Below, one piece after another: positions 1 to 11,996 of a stretch of 64,000 nucleotides of DNA (the first letter of the stretch is position 1; each line of letters opens with the position of its first letter). The DNA is taken from positions 13,082,001 to 13,146,000 of the forward strand of contig JBHGNT010000007.1 in the NCBI GenBank assembly GCA_043228905.1, given 5' to 3'. Under the pieces are notes generated by a model. That model was not told the origin of the DNA. It saw only the letters and a program-made list of their open reading frames with translations, and made no database searches. The translations under genes were made by a program, and so were the position numbers. This DNA is from Azolla caroliniana. Taxonomy: Eukaryota > Plantae > Polypodiophyta.

Positions 1-326
1 TGCTTGGCAGTCCATGGCTTCGTAGAGGTCAGTGAGCACTGGTGAGGGTTGTGTGTGAGGAGTCTCTGTGTGCGTGGGCTCGCGTCTGCTGATCTTCAAT
101 CGTCTGTTTGCGTTTGTGCTCCTCTGTTCGCGAAATGTGAGGGTTTCTATGTGGCGGGGGTTTTCTTGTTGCATCGTGTACTAAAATAGAATGTCGTGCC
201 ATCTGGCGGCGGTTTAATAGCCCACTACGTACCTTTTCAAAGTGCCTGTTCACTCCTTTTGTTTGCATGATTTACTTTGATTTGATCTGATTCGTTTTTT
301 TTTAAAAATTTATAAAAATGGTTTTG

Positions 327-3300
327 CTAATTCACAACCGGTCCCACTGGACCCCTATCCGAATCGTGGTCCTTGCCGGCCGCTGGACTGCTTGCCGTCG
401 CTTCCGACTTACCGGTGTCTGGTTCTGTGTCGCCCTTCACTTGTTCAAATGGGTTTCTTGGCATGGGTCCATTGTATGGTTTGAGTCGGAACCCATTGGA
501 AAACGAGTACCGACTTACCAATTCCGAACATCTTTTCGTTCCCTTTTCGATGATGATCCACGAACGCTTTCCTTCGCCGCTGCTCTAGTTCTAGGTGGTG
601 CATGATGCTGGCTAGCCGGTGTTCTTCCAATTCGCACAACGCGCTTAACCAAATAGCTTCCGATTCCTTCTCATTTAGGCATTCCCGAATCTGTATTCGT
701 AAACTCAGTACCTGGAATTCTACCGGCATCACTGCTTCCAATCTGAATGCTAGGTGGAACGGTGTTGTGTGAATACTTGTCTTATATGCCGTTCGGTAGG
801 TCGAGAGTGCATTGTGCAGCTTTGTATCCCAATCCGTCTGGTTCTCATTGACGATTTTTTGCAGGATATTTTGTAGTGTTTTATTTGTGGACTCTGCTAA
901 TCTGTTGGCTTGCGGATAATAGGGAGTGCTCTGTTTATGCCGCACCGCTTAAAATGTCGTCAAACATTCCACCACTTGCCCTAAGTAGTGCCCACCTTGG
1001 TCACTTATGAGCTCTATCGGACATCCATACCGGCTCCAGATGCATTCATATAAACATTTTGCCGTGGATGTCGTGGTGTTGTCACATAGTGCTTTCGCTT
1101 CCACCCATTTCGTGCAGTAATCTGTAGCGATGATCACGTATCGGTTGCTGGTTCTCATTGCCATTGGTTTCAATGGACCGACAAAATGTAGCCCCCATTT
1201 CTGAAATGGTTCTAACAGTAGCACGGACTGATGAGGCATTCTGGCATGTTCGGTTGGTTGGCCCATTCATTGACATAGGTCGCATTCTTTAGCATACCGG
1301 ACTGCATCCTTCAATGTTGTCGGCCACCATAGTCCACTATGCCATATTTTCGTTGCCAGAGCATCTTCGGCATAATGTCCTCTAGCCATGTAGCAGTGTG
1401 CTTCACGCAATATTATTTCCTTTTCGTCGTTGCGCACTACACGCCGCCATATGCCATTTGCGCCTTTGTGGTATAGTGTGTCCTGTGATAGACAGATGTG
1501 CCGGCTTTGAATCGCTAAGCGTTTCCTTTCGTCTCTGTTCATCTCCTCCGGAGGTAAGCCGGTGCTCAGAAATTGGTGCATGTTGGTGAGCCACTTGTCT
1601 TCCTTTGCGACCGTACTATCCGATGTCGTTTCTGTTGTGACTCTAAACAGCTCTGCATCCGGAAAGTCGTCTGGGACTCCGTCACCGGTTTCGCCGGAAT
1701 CCAACCGGCTTAAATAGTTTGCTACCACATGTTGTATGCCGGGTCGGTGGAATATCTTGAACTCGAATTCTTGCAATAGTAACATCCATCGGGCCAGCTT
1801 ATCAGTGAGTGATGCTTTGGACACCAAATAGAGGAGCGCCGAATAATCTACGTGAAAGGAAAATTTCCTTCCCAACAGATAGTGTCTAAACTTGTTGACA
1901 CTGTAGATCATACCCAAGGCCTCCCTTTCCGTTGTGGAATAATTCTGTTCTACTTGGGACTGGCCGGTACCATTTCGGTTCTGTCAGTTGCATCAGGGCG
2001 CTCCCGATTGCGATGTCGGACGCGTCAACGAACACATGGAACTCTTTGGACCAATCCGGTGATTGCACCACCGACGCTTGTGACAACAATACTTTTAGTG
2101 CCCGGTAAGCCTGGTCTTCTATGTCCGTCCATCGGAACGGTGTCCGAAGTACCGCGGCGTGCAATGGTGTAGCTAGGTCTGCCAGATACCGGAGCATTCG
2201 GCTATGCCACCGAATTTGTCCTAAGAACCAGCTTAGTGCCTTTGCCGTGGCTAGTGCCGGTGCCTCCAAGATTGCTTTTACTTTGTCTGGATCCATTGCG
2301 ATACCGTCCTTGCTCCTATGTTGCCCAGTATTGCTCCGCTGGTTACTCCGAACACGCATTTTGCCAGGTTCAGGCTTAGTCGGTAAACCCTTCATTTCTC
2401 CAGACATAGTCAGAGGTGCTGAAGGTGATCTCCTTCCTGGCTATAAACAGCGAAGTCGTCCAAGAACACCTGCATGAATGCTAGAATGAATTCTCCGAAA
2501 ATCGCCATGATGATCCGCTGGAAGGTTGCCGACGCCGTTTTCAGTCCGAACGTCATCACTACGGCAACAAAGACTCCCTATTCGGTGACAGAAGTGATTT
2601 TCTCCTGGTTGGTGGGGTGCATCCGGATCTGGGGATAGCCGCTGAAATCGTCCAGAAAACTGTACACCTTATGACTGGCGACCGCATCCAGGACTCCATC
2701 CGTGAATGGAAGTGGGAAGGCGTCCGTTGTCGTAGCCGCATTCAATTTTCGGTAGTCGGCGCACACTCTAATCTTACTGTTCTTTTTGGGTACTACCACT
2801 ATCGGGTTGAGCCATGTGGCTTTCTTTACCAATCGGATGAAGCCCACTCTTAGCAACTTGTTGATTTCTTCTTTGACTTTTGCTGCGTAATTCGGGTTCA
2901 TTCGGTAACGTCGTTGCGCTACCTGTTTGGCGTCTTTACTCAAATGTATCTAGTGTTGATACAACTGAGGATCGAGTCCCGGAATGTCCTCGTAGGACCA
3001 GGCAAACACATTGCAAAATTCTTTTAGGAGTGTGATCATTGTCGTTTTGTTCTCCGAGGTCATTTCCTTGGCAATGTGCACCGGTCTTGTGTCGTCCGTG
3101 GTACCTAGGTTTACCTCTTCTAGTTGGGATGCTTTCATGCGCTGCGATACTACCATTTCTTTTTCCAGTGCCTCCTGTGCTTGCCGTAATTCCTGGATTG
3201 CTTCTTTATCCGGTTCCTCATCGGTCCCGTCCGGTTGCAATATGTATGGTGATACTCCTTCGGCTACATCAATCTCGAACAGAGGTACGATCTTCGGATT

Positions 3301-4054
3301 TTCCTGTTAGTATTGATCGACCTCTTCGTCCGCCAATCCTTCCAGCATGTTGACACAGTCTGCATATAGTGGCGTTGACTCCGTGCCGGTACCGGATTGT
3401 GGTTGAGTCGGTACTCGTACTTTCGCTTTTCCACGCCGAAACATAATTATATTCTTCCTCCGGTTTTGCTTTATGTGTGTTGTTTTTAACCAAGGGCATC
3501 CCAACAATAGTGGGTAAGCTCCCTAAGCCTGTATCTAGAGAACTACTGCGGAAATGCGAAAATGCGTGACCCCCGATGGTCACTTCCAAATCATGTATTA
3601 ATCCAGTCAGCCGTACTGAGCTTGTGTCCGCCATTCGAAGCCAAAACGAGCACGGTTCCCAGTCATGGATTCCTAGAGTGTTACATGTCCGGAGGCTGAT
3701 CACGTTCACGCCGGATCCTCCATCGATAATCATGCCCGGTAGCTCCTTTCCCTTCACGATGGCTGTGATTGCCGGACTGCTTGTGTCCACCACTGATGGT
3801 CCTTCCTCCGGATTTGAAAAGAATGCCAGAGCCGGTGGTGTGTCAGCTGTCGTCCTTCGGGTCTTCAGCCCTTCCATGAAGCGTGGTACCAGTTGCAATA
3901 GCCGACCTAACGGCAACGTTATTTGGCATTCTTATAACGCCTGCCAGGTTGGGTTTTCGGGCTGCCCTAGGCCGGTGAGCTCTTCGGCATTCTCCTTTTG
4001 TTGTTCGAGCACTGCCGCATTCCGCTCATTTGCTTTCTTCACCCATTCGGTTGC
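327..4054 (-). pseudogene. Gypsy A pol (protease, RT, RNase H, integrase) with stops and frameshifts
   Basis: ORF fragments 3269-3916 (protease), 2578-2943 and 1886-2407 (RT: NPIVVVPKK, FLGQIRWH, FVDASD), 1267-1917 (RNase H to integrase Zn finger), 445-1266 (integrase core). Confidence 0.92.
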
Positions 4055-4498
4055 TGTCAAGAATAGTACTAAAGCAGAGATGGAATTAGTACTAAAGAAG
4101 AGCAGTACTATTAGTACTAAGAGGACGGGACTGCGTAAGATTCCCGAGAGAGGAAGAGCGAAGAGGAGAGAGAGAGATAGCGAGAATGAGAGAGAGAGAG
4201 AGATGATGACAACAACTAATATATTATGTGAAAAGATAAGTACAAGCGGCTAAGAGGCTTAAGACTGGCGTTGAACCCATTTGGTTCAAAACAATGCCTT
4301 GTGCCTCCTTTTATAGTGTTTTTAGGAATAATCCTGAAGCTTCTAGAATGTTCCAGAGAGATCTAGAATATACATCAATTTTCTATGATAAAACATAAAT
4401 GAAAATAATATCCTACAAATTACAATTCATAGTCTAATGGTAAGAGCTCGACCCACATAGCATAAGGTCATGGGTTCGAGTCTTGCCATATCATGACA
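4055..4498 (-). repeat. 3' LTR of chromovirus B
   Basis: Near-identical to 9311-9735; adjacent to PPT (minus strand AAGGGGGAGATAG). Confidence 0.95.
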
Positions 4499-4509
4499 CT
4501 ATCTCCCCC

Positions 4510-7500
4510 TTAAAGACGACGAGTGGAACAAGTCGGTGCTGATTGCGGATTGGGTTTGTCCGGATACTTTCGGTGGAAATCAGCAAGAAGATCCTGAGCA
4601 TTGGCAACATGCTCGACGGGTTCCCAAGTACGTTTGCTCGGACTATAACCGAGCCAATTGGCCAAATAATAAAGTTTGTTGCAAACAAGTTTGGAATCGA
4701 GGATGGCAGCAACTTCATACTCTGGGCCAACGCCCAACTCCAGCGGGGGCGGCGGTGGTGTCACACGATCGGGAATGGTGTTTGCTTTGTAAGGTTCAAG
4801 AAGAGAACAATGGAAAACCGGATGTATCTGAAGCTGCGGAGGGAGATCAAGGCAGAATGTGACATCATTAATGTTACCCGTAATACGGAAAGGATCGAGT
4901 CGTCGGTAATCCAACTTGTTGCACGGTCGAGTAGTCTTGATGTGACGACGTAAGAGCCATACTCGATCTCCGATGGCCAAAAAGGAGGGAATCTGATGAC
5001 AATCCGCATAAGCTTTCTGTGTGTGTTGAACATGATGAAGGTGAGTAGAGAGATCCATCTGGATCTTGCGTAGCCTCTCCAGATGATCCTCGGCACGAGG
5101 GTTGGTAGGTAGCTCTGGGGTGTCGATCACTGACCAACGAGGATGGAAACCGGTATAAGCGAAAAATGGGGAGACTTGAGTCGAGGAGTGAATAGCATTA
5201 TTATATGCAAACTCCGCAAAGTGGAGAATCTCGGCCCAATCATCCTGTTGATAACTCAGGAAACACCGGAGATATTGCTCTAACGTTTGGTTTGTTCGTT
5301 CCGCCTTCCCATCGGTTTGAGGATGGTAGCCGGAGGAGAGGTTACAGGAGACCTTGAGCATCTTGAAGAGATGTTGCCAAAATTTGGAGACAAATTGCGG
5401 TCCTCATTCACTGATGATATTGTCTGGGAGGCCATGATACCGAAATACCTCACGCATGACAAGGACAGCAGTTTCCTCACTAGTGATGGCTTTAGTACAC
5501 GGCACAAAATGTGCCATTTTCGTATATCGATCGGCGACGGTTAGGATAGCATCGAACCCCTTCGAGACCGGCAGATCTGTGATAAAATCAAGACAAATAG
5601 ACTGCCATGGCTTACTTGGAATCGGTAAGGGTTCCAACAAGCCATATGGATGGTGTCGTGGCATCTTTGCTCGACAGCAAGCATCACAAGTCCAAACGTA
5701 GTCGTCGACAAAATGGTGCATGTGGGGCCACCAAAAAGATCGCTGCACTAGCTCCAACATCTTAGTACTACCGAAATGTCCTGCCGTATGGGTGTCGTGA
5801 CAATGCTGGACGATTTAAAGGCGACCGGAGCAATCGGGGACATATATGTGCTTTTTAAAGAATAACAAACCATCATGATATTCGAATTGTCAGTAGTCAA
5901 TACCTGGTTGTTGAGACTGAGAACAGGATGCCCGAGAAGTATCAATGTGCACCAGGATTTCTTGAGCAAAACTATTCGTCTTCAAGGTTGCACGTATGTC
6001 ATCGGTAATCCATGAATCCATCGAGGTGTGAAAAATCCGCGCCGTGTGCAATCGTGTTGGTCCCAAGATTACTTCCTTTTGATTATCAATTGTTGCATCA
6101 CTAGGACGAGGTGCAAGATATGAACACCGTGATAGTGCATCTGCTTTTCCTGGCTACTTCCCCGGTCGATATGTAATTTTGAAGACAAAACGCATGAGGA
6201 ATTGTGCCCACCGAGCATGCTGTCGATTTAGTACGCGAGCGTTCTGGAAATAAGCAAGATTTTTATGATCGCTAAAGACAATGACCTGATGTGGAGAGCC
6301 CTCTAAGAAATGCCGCCATTGCACAAATGAATCCACAATGGCTAATAACTCCTTGTCATGTATTTCGTAGTTGATTTCCGCGACATCGAATTTGCGTGAA
6401 TGGAAAGCCACATGATGCAACTCTTCTTTATCTCCTTGTTGAGAAAGGATGCTACCGAGGGCGAAATCGGATGCGTCGGCCTCCATGATGAATGGTTTGC
6501 TTGTATCCACATGAGCTAGAATCGGTGCTGGTGTAAAGGCTTTCTTAAGATGCCGAAAAGCCATATCTGCTTCGCTGGACCAAACAAATGCTTGGCCCTT
6601 CTTCGTAAGTTGTGTGAGAGGTAAAATAATCTTTGAGTAATCTTGTATAAACTTACGGTAGAAGTTAGCAAAACCTAAAAAGCATTGTACATCTCGCACC
6701 GACCGTGGAATTTGCCACTCTAGTACAGTTTGGATTTTAGCTGGATCCATGGCGATGCCCTTTGAGGAGATGATGTAGCTTAGAAATTCCCCTTGCTTGT
6801 AGTCAAAGCTACAGTTTTCTAGCTTGGTATAAAGACCATTCTCGCGGAGTCGCTTTAGTACTAATAGTGCATGAGAATCGTGCTCTTCCTGGGTCTTCGA
6901 ATAAATCAATAGATCATCTAGATAGATGATCAAATAGATATCCAAGAGGTCTCTGAATATATCATTTGCCATGTGTTGGAAGACTGCGGGTGCATTGGTT
7001 AGGCCGAACGGCATAACAGTATACTCGAAATGCCCATACTGCGTGCGAAAGGCGGTCTTCCATTAATCTCCCGGTCGGATCCGTACAAGGTTATACGCCC
7101 CTCGTAGATCGATTTTAGTAAAAAACTTGGCACCATTAACTCGCTCTAAAAGACTTGATATAAGAGGAAGTGCATACCTATTCCGGATGGTGACTTTATT
7201 CAATCCGCGGTAATCAACGACGAGACGAAGTGAGCCATCTTTCTTCTTAACAAAGAAGATGGGTGCACCGGCCGGAGATTTCGAATGACAGATGAACCCG
7301 CTTGCCAAGTTCTCCTCTATGTAGGCTCGAAGGACTTCTAACTCAGTGGGTGACAAGTTGTAAATTGGTCCCCATGGTGGCTCGGTTCCTGGTTGTAAGT
7401 CGATGGGACAGTCATAGGGACGGTGATGAGGAAGGGTACCGGCTTTTACCTTGTCAAATACATCGGCATAAGGATGATATTTTGCCAGAAGTTGTACTGA

Positions 7501-8052
7501 GGAGTCCTTCTTAATAGTGTTGGAAGGATGTACTTATATTGCAAATAGGAACATTGCCTCCTTGGGTCCTTCTTCGCATAGTTGATGGAGTGAAATGGTT
7601 GAAACTCGGTGAGTAGATTCTTGGGGTGGTCAATATCGGACTTCTCTTGTTCTCCAATCTATAGCTGGATTATGTAATTCAAACCAAGGTAATCCTAGGA
7701 CAATGGGATGCTCTGGACTACTAATTATATTAAATGATCTTACACACACAAAACTACCTAGGACAACTTGAATGGGTTCTGATTCTTCTACAATATGCCC
7801 GGAAGCAATGCGACGACCATCAATGACTACTACAGATGCGGGACAAGGAAGTTTTCTTAAGGATATCTGAGAAGCTTGGGCAAAATTTCGATCCATGAAA
7901 CAGGAATTAGCTCCAGAATCTAAAAGTGCTAGGACGGGTACTGGGAGAGTACTTTTAGTACTAACAATGACTTGGGCTAGGAACACATTGCTAACTTGCT
8001 TGGAAGGAATGGAACCACTAATGGGCTCTACAGATCTAGGGTTGTTGTCCAA
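4510..8052 (-). pseudogene. Chromovirus B pol: protease, RT (YLDD), RNase H, integrase, C-terminal chromodomain
   Basis: LLDSGA (7630-8052); PIFFVKKKDGSLRLVVDYRGLN; MPFGLTNAPAVFQ..YLDDLLI; EADASD; GYHPQTDGKAER; EYEVAAILDS..YYLANWLGY..RTWEP chromodomain. In-frame stops split the ORF. Confidence 0.94.
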
Positions 8053-8269
8053 CTAAACGTCTCCTATTTTGGCTGGACTCAATCGTTTAACTCTTCGTCT
8101 AAGTGACTAAGGATTTCAAATTTATTTGAGATACTTGGGCTATTAGTACTATGAATACTATCTGACACTCTATTAGTACTATTAATACTATCAGACACTC
8201 CGAAGGGAAGAATTGACTCGGGTTTAGTACAGGCGACGATTTGATTTACCTGTCTTCTTGGCCTATGGG

Positions 8270-9239
8270 GACAATTGATGGCGATATGCCCTGGTCCACC
8301 GCAACAAAGACATAATCGATTGGCACGTCGTCGTTGTTTTTCTTCTTCTTATAATGGGCCATGTCGACGCATGGTGTCGATCTCCATCGGTGTCGGAATA
8401 TTGGCTTGAGGTACATCGCGTGCAAACGGTTTAGCCGTGACTAAGGCGTATGTGGGTTCCGGCCGAGAGCGTGGTATTTGTAACTGACGTTCCAAACGCC
8501 GTTCGAAAAGGCGGTTGTCGCATCAGACCGCTCGACTGATTGCCTCCGTAAGAGACTTTGGTTCTTCGGGGAAGGTTAATAAAAGCAAGTCTTTGACATC
8601 GTTGCGCAAGCCGTAGCGAAACTGCTCCATGAGGACCTGATCATCCCAGGGGGTATCTGAGGCGAGTACACGGAAATCTGTTGCGTAGGCAGAGGCTGGA
8701 TGATCGCCTTGACGCAATCTTCGGATCTTGTTGATCGCCGTCCTGATGTTGTCGGTATCTCCAAAGCAGGCTTTAAACTCACCAATAAAATCTTCAAAGT
8801 TATTAAGCAAGGGCGATTGTTTTTCTAGAAGCGGAGCGAACCATGCCAAGGCTGAGTCGCTAAGTAGCGTGCCTATTAGGTCGACTCGAGATGCATCAGT
8901 GGGATATCGGGAAGGATGCATCTAGATGACTAAGCGTACCTGATTAAGGAATCCCCGGAATTGCGAACGCGTTCCATCAAATTTCACAGGAAGTCCAATC
9001 TTGGGCTTTTTATGAAATCCTTGGGGACTTGATCCTTGTTGTTGCGACGCAGCTTCGAGTTGTTGTACCCATAACGCTAACTCCCCATGTTGTTGTTGCA
9101 TTTGTTGTTTTTCTAGAGCGATTTGTTGCAGATCCCCTATCAACTGTTGGTTTTCTTGTTCCAGGGCAACAAACTTTTCTTTTAGGCACTGTAGCTCGGA
9201 GAAAACAGATTGGTATTCTTGGGCGCTAACAGTAGCCAT
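8270..9239 (-). pseudogene. Chromovirus B gag (coiled-coil N-terminus, retrotransposon gag domain, Zn-knuckle-like end)
   Basis: ORFs 8922-9239 and 8523-8921 (KFDGTRSQFRGF; QFRYGLRNDVKD), separated by one stop. Confidence 0.85.
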
Positions 9240-9310
9240 AGTATAGGGAAAAGGGTAGGATGATGAGGGAGAGTGACAAGTAGGCTAGAGGAGACCAAAT
9301 TGGTTCAAAC

Positions 9311-9735
9311 TGTCAGGAATAGTACTAAAGAAGAGCAGTACTATTAGTACTAAGAGGACGGAACTGCGTAAGATTCCCGAGAGAGGAAGTGCGAAGAGGA
9401 GAGAGAAAGAGATAGCGTGAATGAGAGAGAGAGAGAGAGATGATGATAGCAGCTAATATATTATGTGAAAAGATAAGTACAAGCGGCTAAGAGGCTTAAG
9501 ACTGGCGTTGAACCAATTTGGTTCAAAACAATGCCTTGTGCCTCCTTTTATAGTGTTTTTAGGAATAATCCTGAAGCTTCTAGAATGTTCCAGAGAGATC
9601 TGGAATATACATCAATTTTCTATGATAAAACATAAATGAAAATAATATCCTACAAATTACAATTCATAGTCTAATGGTAAGAGCTCGACCTATGTAGCAT
9701 AAGGTCATGAGTTTGAGTCTTGCCATATCATGACA
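9311..9735 (-). repeat. 5' LTR of chromovirus B, with TATA box (minus TATAAAA at 9552-9546)
   Basis: Direct repeat of 4055-4498; followed by TSD GTTGC. Confidence 0.95.
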
Positions 9736-11316
9736 GTTGCCTGCTTCCGGATGGCTTCTTGAGTTTCCCACTCTGTGGCTTTGCCTTTTGATCTTGTAGT
9801 GACTTGTTGTATGTCCGCGACTTCCACGTCTACCATGTTCACCGCCGGTCGCTTGTTGTAGCTCTTCGTCGGACATTGATTACTATAGTCGCCTTCTTGC
9901 CATCAATAATAGTAGTACGGCTTCCGGGTGTTGCTGGATTCAGCGTGTGTGCTTGGTGCAGGTCCGGTGGTAACTGCTTGGTTTTGGTCCGGTTGGTTGC
10001 TTGGAGCACCCTTTTCCGGTTCCCGTGGATGAACCCCCTTTTTGTTGAAATGACGTTTCTTGAAATTCTTTTTGTTTTGGTAACCTTGATGGTGTTGGTC
10101 GTCATACTTGCCATAGTCGTCTTGTCGGTGGTTGTAACCAAGGGAGTGCTCCTAGTTGTATCTCTCGTACCATCCATTATAGTCCCGGTATCTATCCTGT
10201 TTGTCATACCGGTCATAAGCGTCTCTTCAATCGCTATACCGAACATCTTGTGCCAATCGGTAGCGTTCCTCTCGCCGCCAGCAATCTTCTTCTTCCTCCT
10301 GGTTGCTCCGTGGTTCAATTTGCCGGACCGGTGGTGCTTGTTGATTTAACAAGTTATACTCACACCGTTCCATTGTGTAACTTCTGGAGTGGCAGAGCAA
10401 GCATTGGGAATGCATGGTGCATTCCAACGCCGAATGTCCGTCATTCAAGCATGTCCTACATTGAACTGCTTGCCGGAAATGAAGGTCCTCTTCCGTTTGT
10501 AGGGCATGCTGAAGTGCGCCCATGGTTAGCCATGAACTTGAGGTTTCCATTTCCCGAACTCAGTCGATCACTTGATCTATGGTGCTGGTGCGGAAATCAA
10601 TAACGGTGCACACCGTACGTAAGGGTTCCCGAAGGGCTGCTAAGAATATGGCCTTTGTTTCTTCCACCGGTGGTGTTCGGCTGAGCTGACTGTGGATCCG
10701 CTGGAACCGGATGACAAATTGTTGAATGTTCTCTGTTGGTTCCTGTCGGATACTGTAAAATAAGCCTACCATTTCCCGCTGGTCCATCTCCTTGTAAAAG
10801 AAATGTAGAAAATTTGTCTTTAATGTTTCAAACATGGGGATGGTGTTGGGATCTTGTGTTCGGTGCCATCTGGCAGTCGATCCCTCCAAGGTCATGCCGA
10901 ACTCTGCTCTTTTTGAGCGTTCCTCTTCGGTTGCATTTAAGCGTTGGGACACATGGTTCGCCTCCCAGGTCTGCTGAAACGCATGGACGTGAGCTTCCGT
11001 GTCCGGATCATCCCGATATTTGGGATATTGGAACGGCATATTGTCGTCTAGTGTCGATACACAGGCTGGAGGTGTCGGACGTTTTTCCCGATCTTCTATC
11101 GCCGTCAGAGGTCTTTCCTGCTCCTCTTTCGGTGTCAAAGGCTTCTCCTCCTCGACTTCCGGTGTCGGAGGTCTTTCATCCTCGACTTCTGGTTCCGGAG
11201 TGTGGTCGACTTCCGGTATCGGAGGTTCCAACCTTGTCAATTCTAGTTCCGGTGTCGGCAAGGCATTCGACTCCTCGTCCTCTGGTCCCCCTAGGGTGTC
11301 GTTACTACTGCCGTAG
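9736..11316 (-). pseudogene. Gypsy A gag, central and C-terminal part (Pro/Glu-rich spacer, capsid-like domain, CCHC knuckles, Arg/Asp-rich repeats)
   Basis: ORF 10560-11261 (YPKYRDDPDTEAHV..IRQEPTENIQQFVIRF) and ORF 10227-10550 (CRTCLNDGHSALEC, CLLCHSRSYTMERC); homologous to gypsy C gag. Confidence 0.85.
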
Positions 11317-11967
11317 TGTTGGGATTTCGGTCCCTCTGGATGGGATGTCCGGAGATGAATGACGGCAAGCTCGGTTGCGGTTACGGAACCGGAGGATGAA
11401 GAGTACCCGGCATGAAGCCGGATGAAGAGTACCCGGCTACGGAGCCGGATGATGAAGACCCCGGCTACAGAGCCGGATGACGAATGTACCCGGAGAGAGA
11501 TCCGGATGCGGGAACATATTTGTGAATATGTTTACCAAGAGCCCTTGAGGCTATACTTGTAAATAGCCCGAAAGTCATATGTGTATAAATATGACTTAGG
11601 GCAAACAGTTTTGTTGTTGCTACTTATTTTTCTGTTTTTCCACTCAAGAGGAGTGAGGAGAGAGCAGCCGTGAGAGAGACAGAGCGTGAGAGAGGAAGAG
11701 GTCGACGCCTCTGTGTAATACCGCCGCCTGTGGCGAGGATAGCGAGCTCAGGGTCGTCGCCTTGCAGCTCGCCATTGTATATTTCTCTGTGCATAGTTTT
11801 GGTTTGGAGTCTTGCACTCCCGTGGTTTTTCCCGTATAGGGTTTTCCACGTTAATCCCTGTGTTATCGTGTCTTTCTCGGTATTTCCTATTTTCTGCAAC
11901 AACGATTCGTGTGTTTCCTCGGTTGTGGCCGAGAGGTGAAGGTGAATCGGAGCGTCGATTCCCAACA
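11317..11967 (+). repeat. 5' LTR of copia D, with CCGG-rich tandem motifs in U3
   Basis: TG...CA termini; direct repeat of 16078-16728. Confidence 0.97.
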
Positions 11968-11969
11968 AG

Positions 11970-11981
11970 TGGTATCAGAGC
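11970..11981 (+). promoter_or_regulatory. Primer-binding site, tRNA-iMet
   Basis: TGGTATCAGAGC, 2 nt after the LTR. Confidence 0.95.
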
Positions 11982-11996
11982 GAGTTGCTGCAGAAA

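Larger units (their letters stand above)
4055..9735 (-). mobile_element. Ty3/gypsy chromovirus B (Tcn1/Tf1-sushi-like), structurally full length, coding region mutated
   Basis: LTRs 4055-4498 and 9311-9735 (TG...CA); TSD GTTGC at 4050-4054 and 9736-9740; PPT at 4499-4512; gag-PR-RT-RH-INT-chromodomain order. Confidence 0.95.

Noticed and set aside
1-320. Start of an extra ORF in gypsy A equivalent to that of gypsy C
   Set aside because: Plausible by position, but truncated by the window edge and no shared motif is visible.
4425-4490. Functional tRNA gene
   Set aside because: Acceptor and anticodon stems do not pair convincingly and the sequence is part of both LTRs; kept only as a tRNA-like cassette.
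9804-10349. Hydrophobic + strand ORF suggesting a membrane or env protein
   Set aside because: It is the antisense reading of the Arg/Asp-rich gag repeat region; a similar shadow ORF occurs at 26030-26515.
11390-11510. CRISPR-like repeat array
   Set aside because: Degenerate tandem LTR motifs without unique spacers; eukaryotic context and no cas genes.
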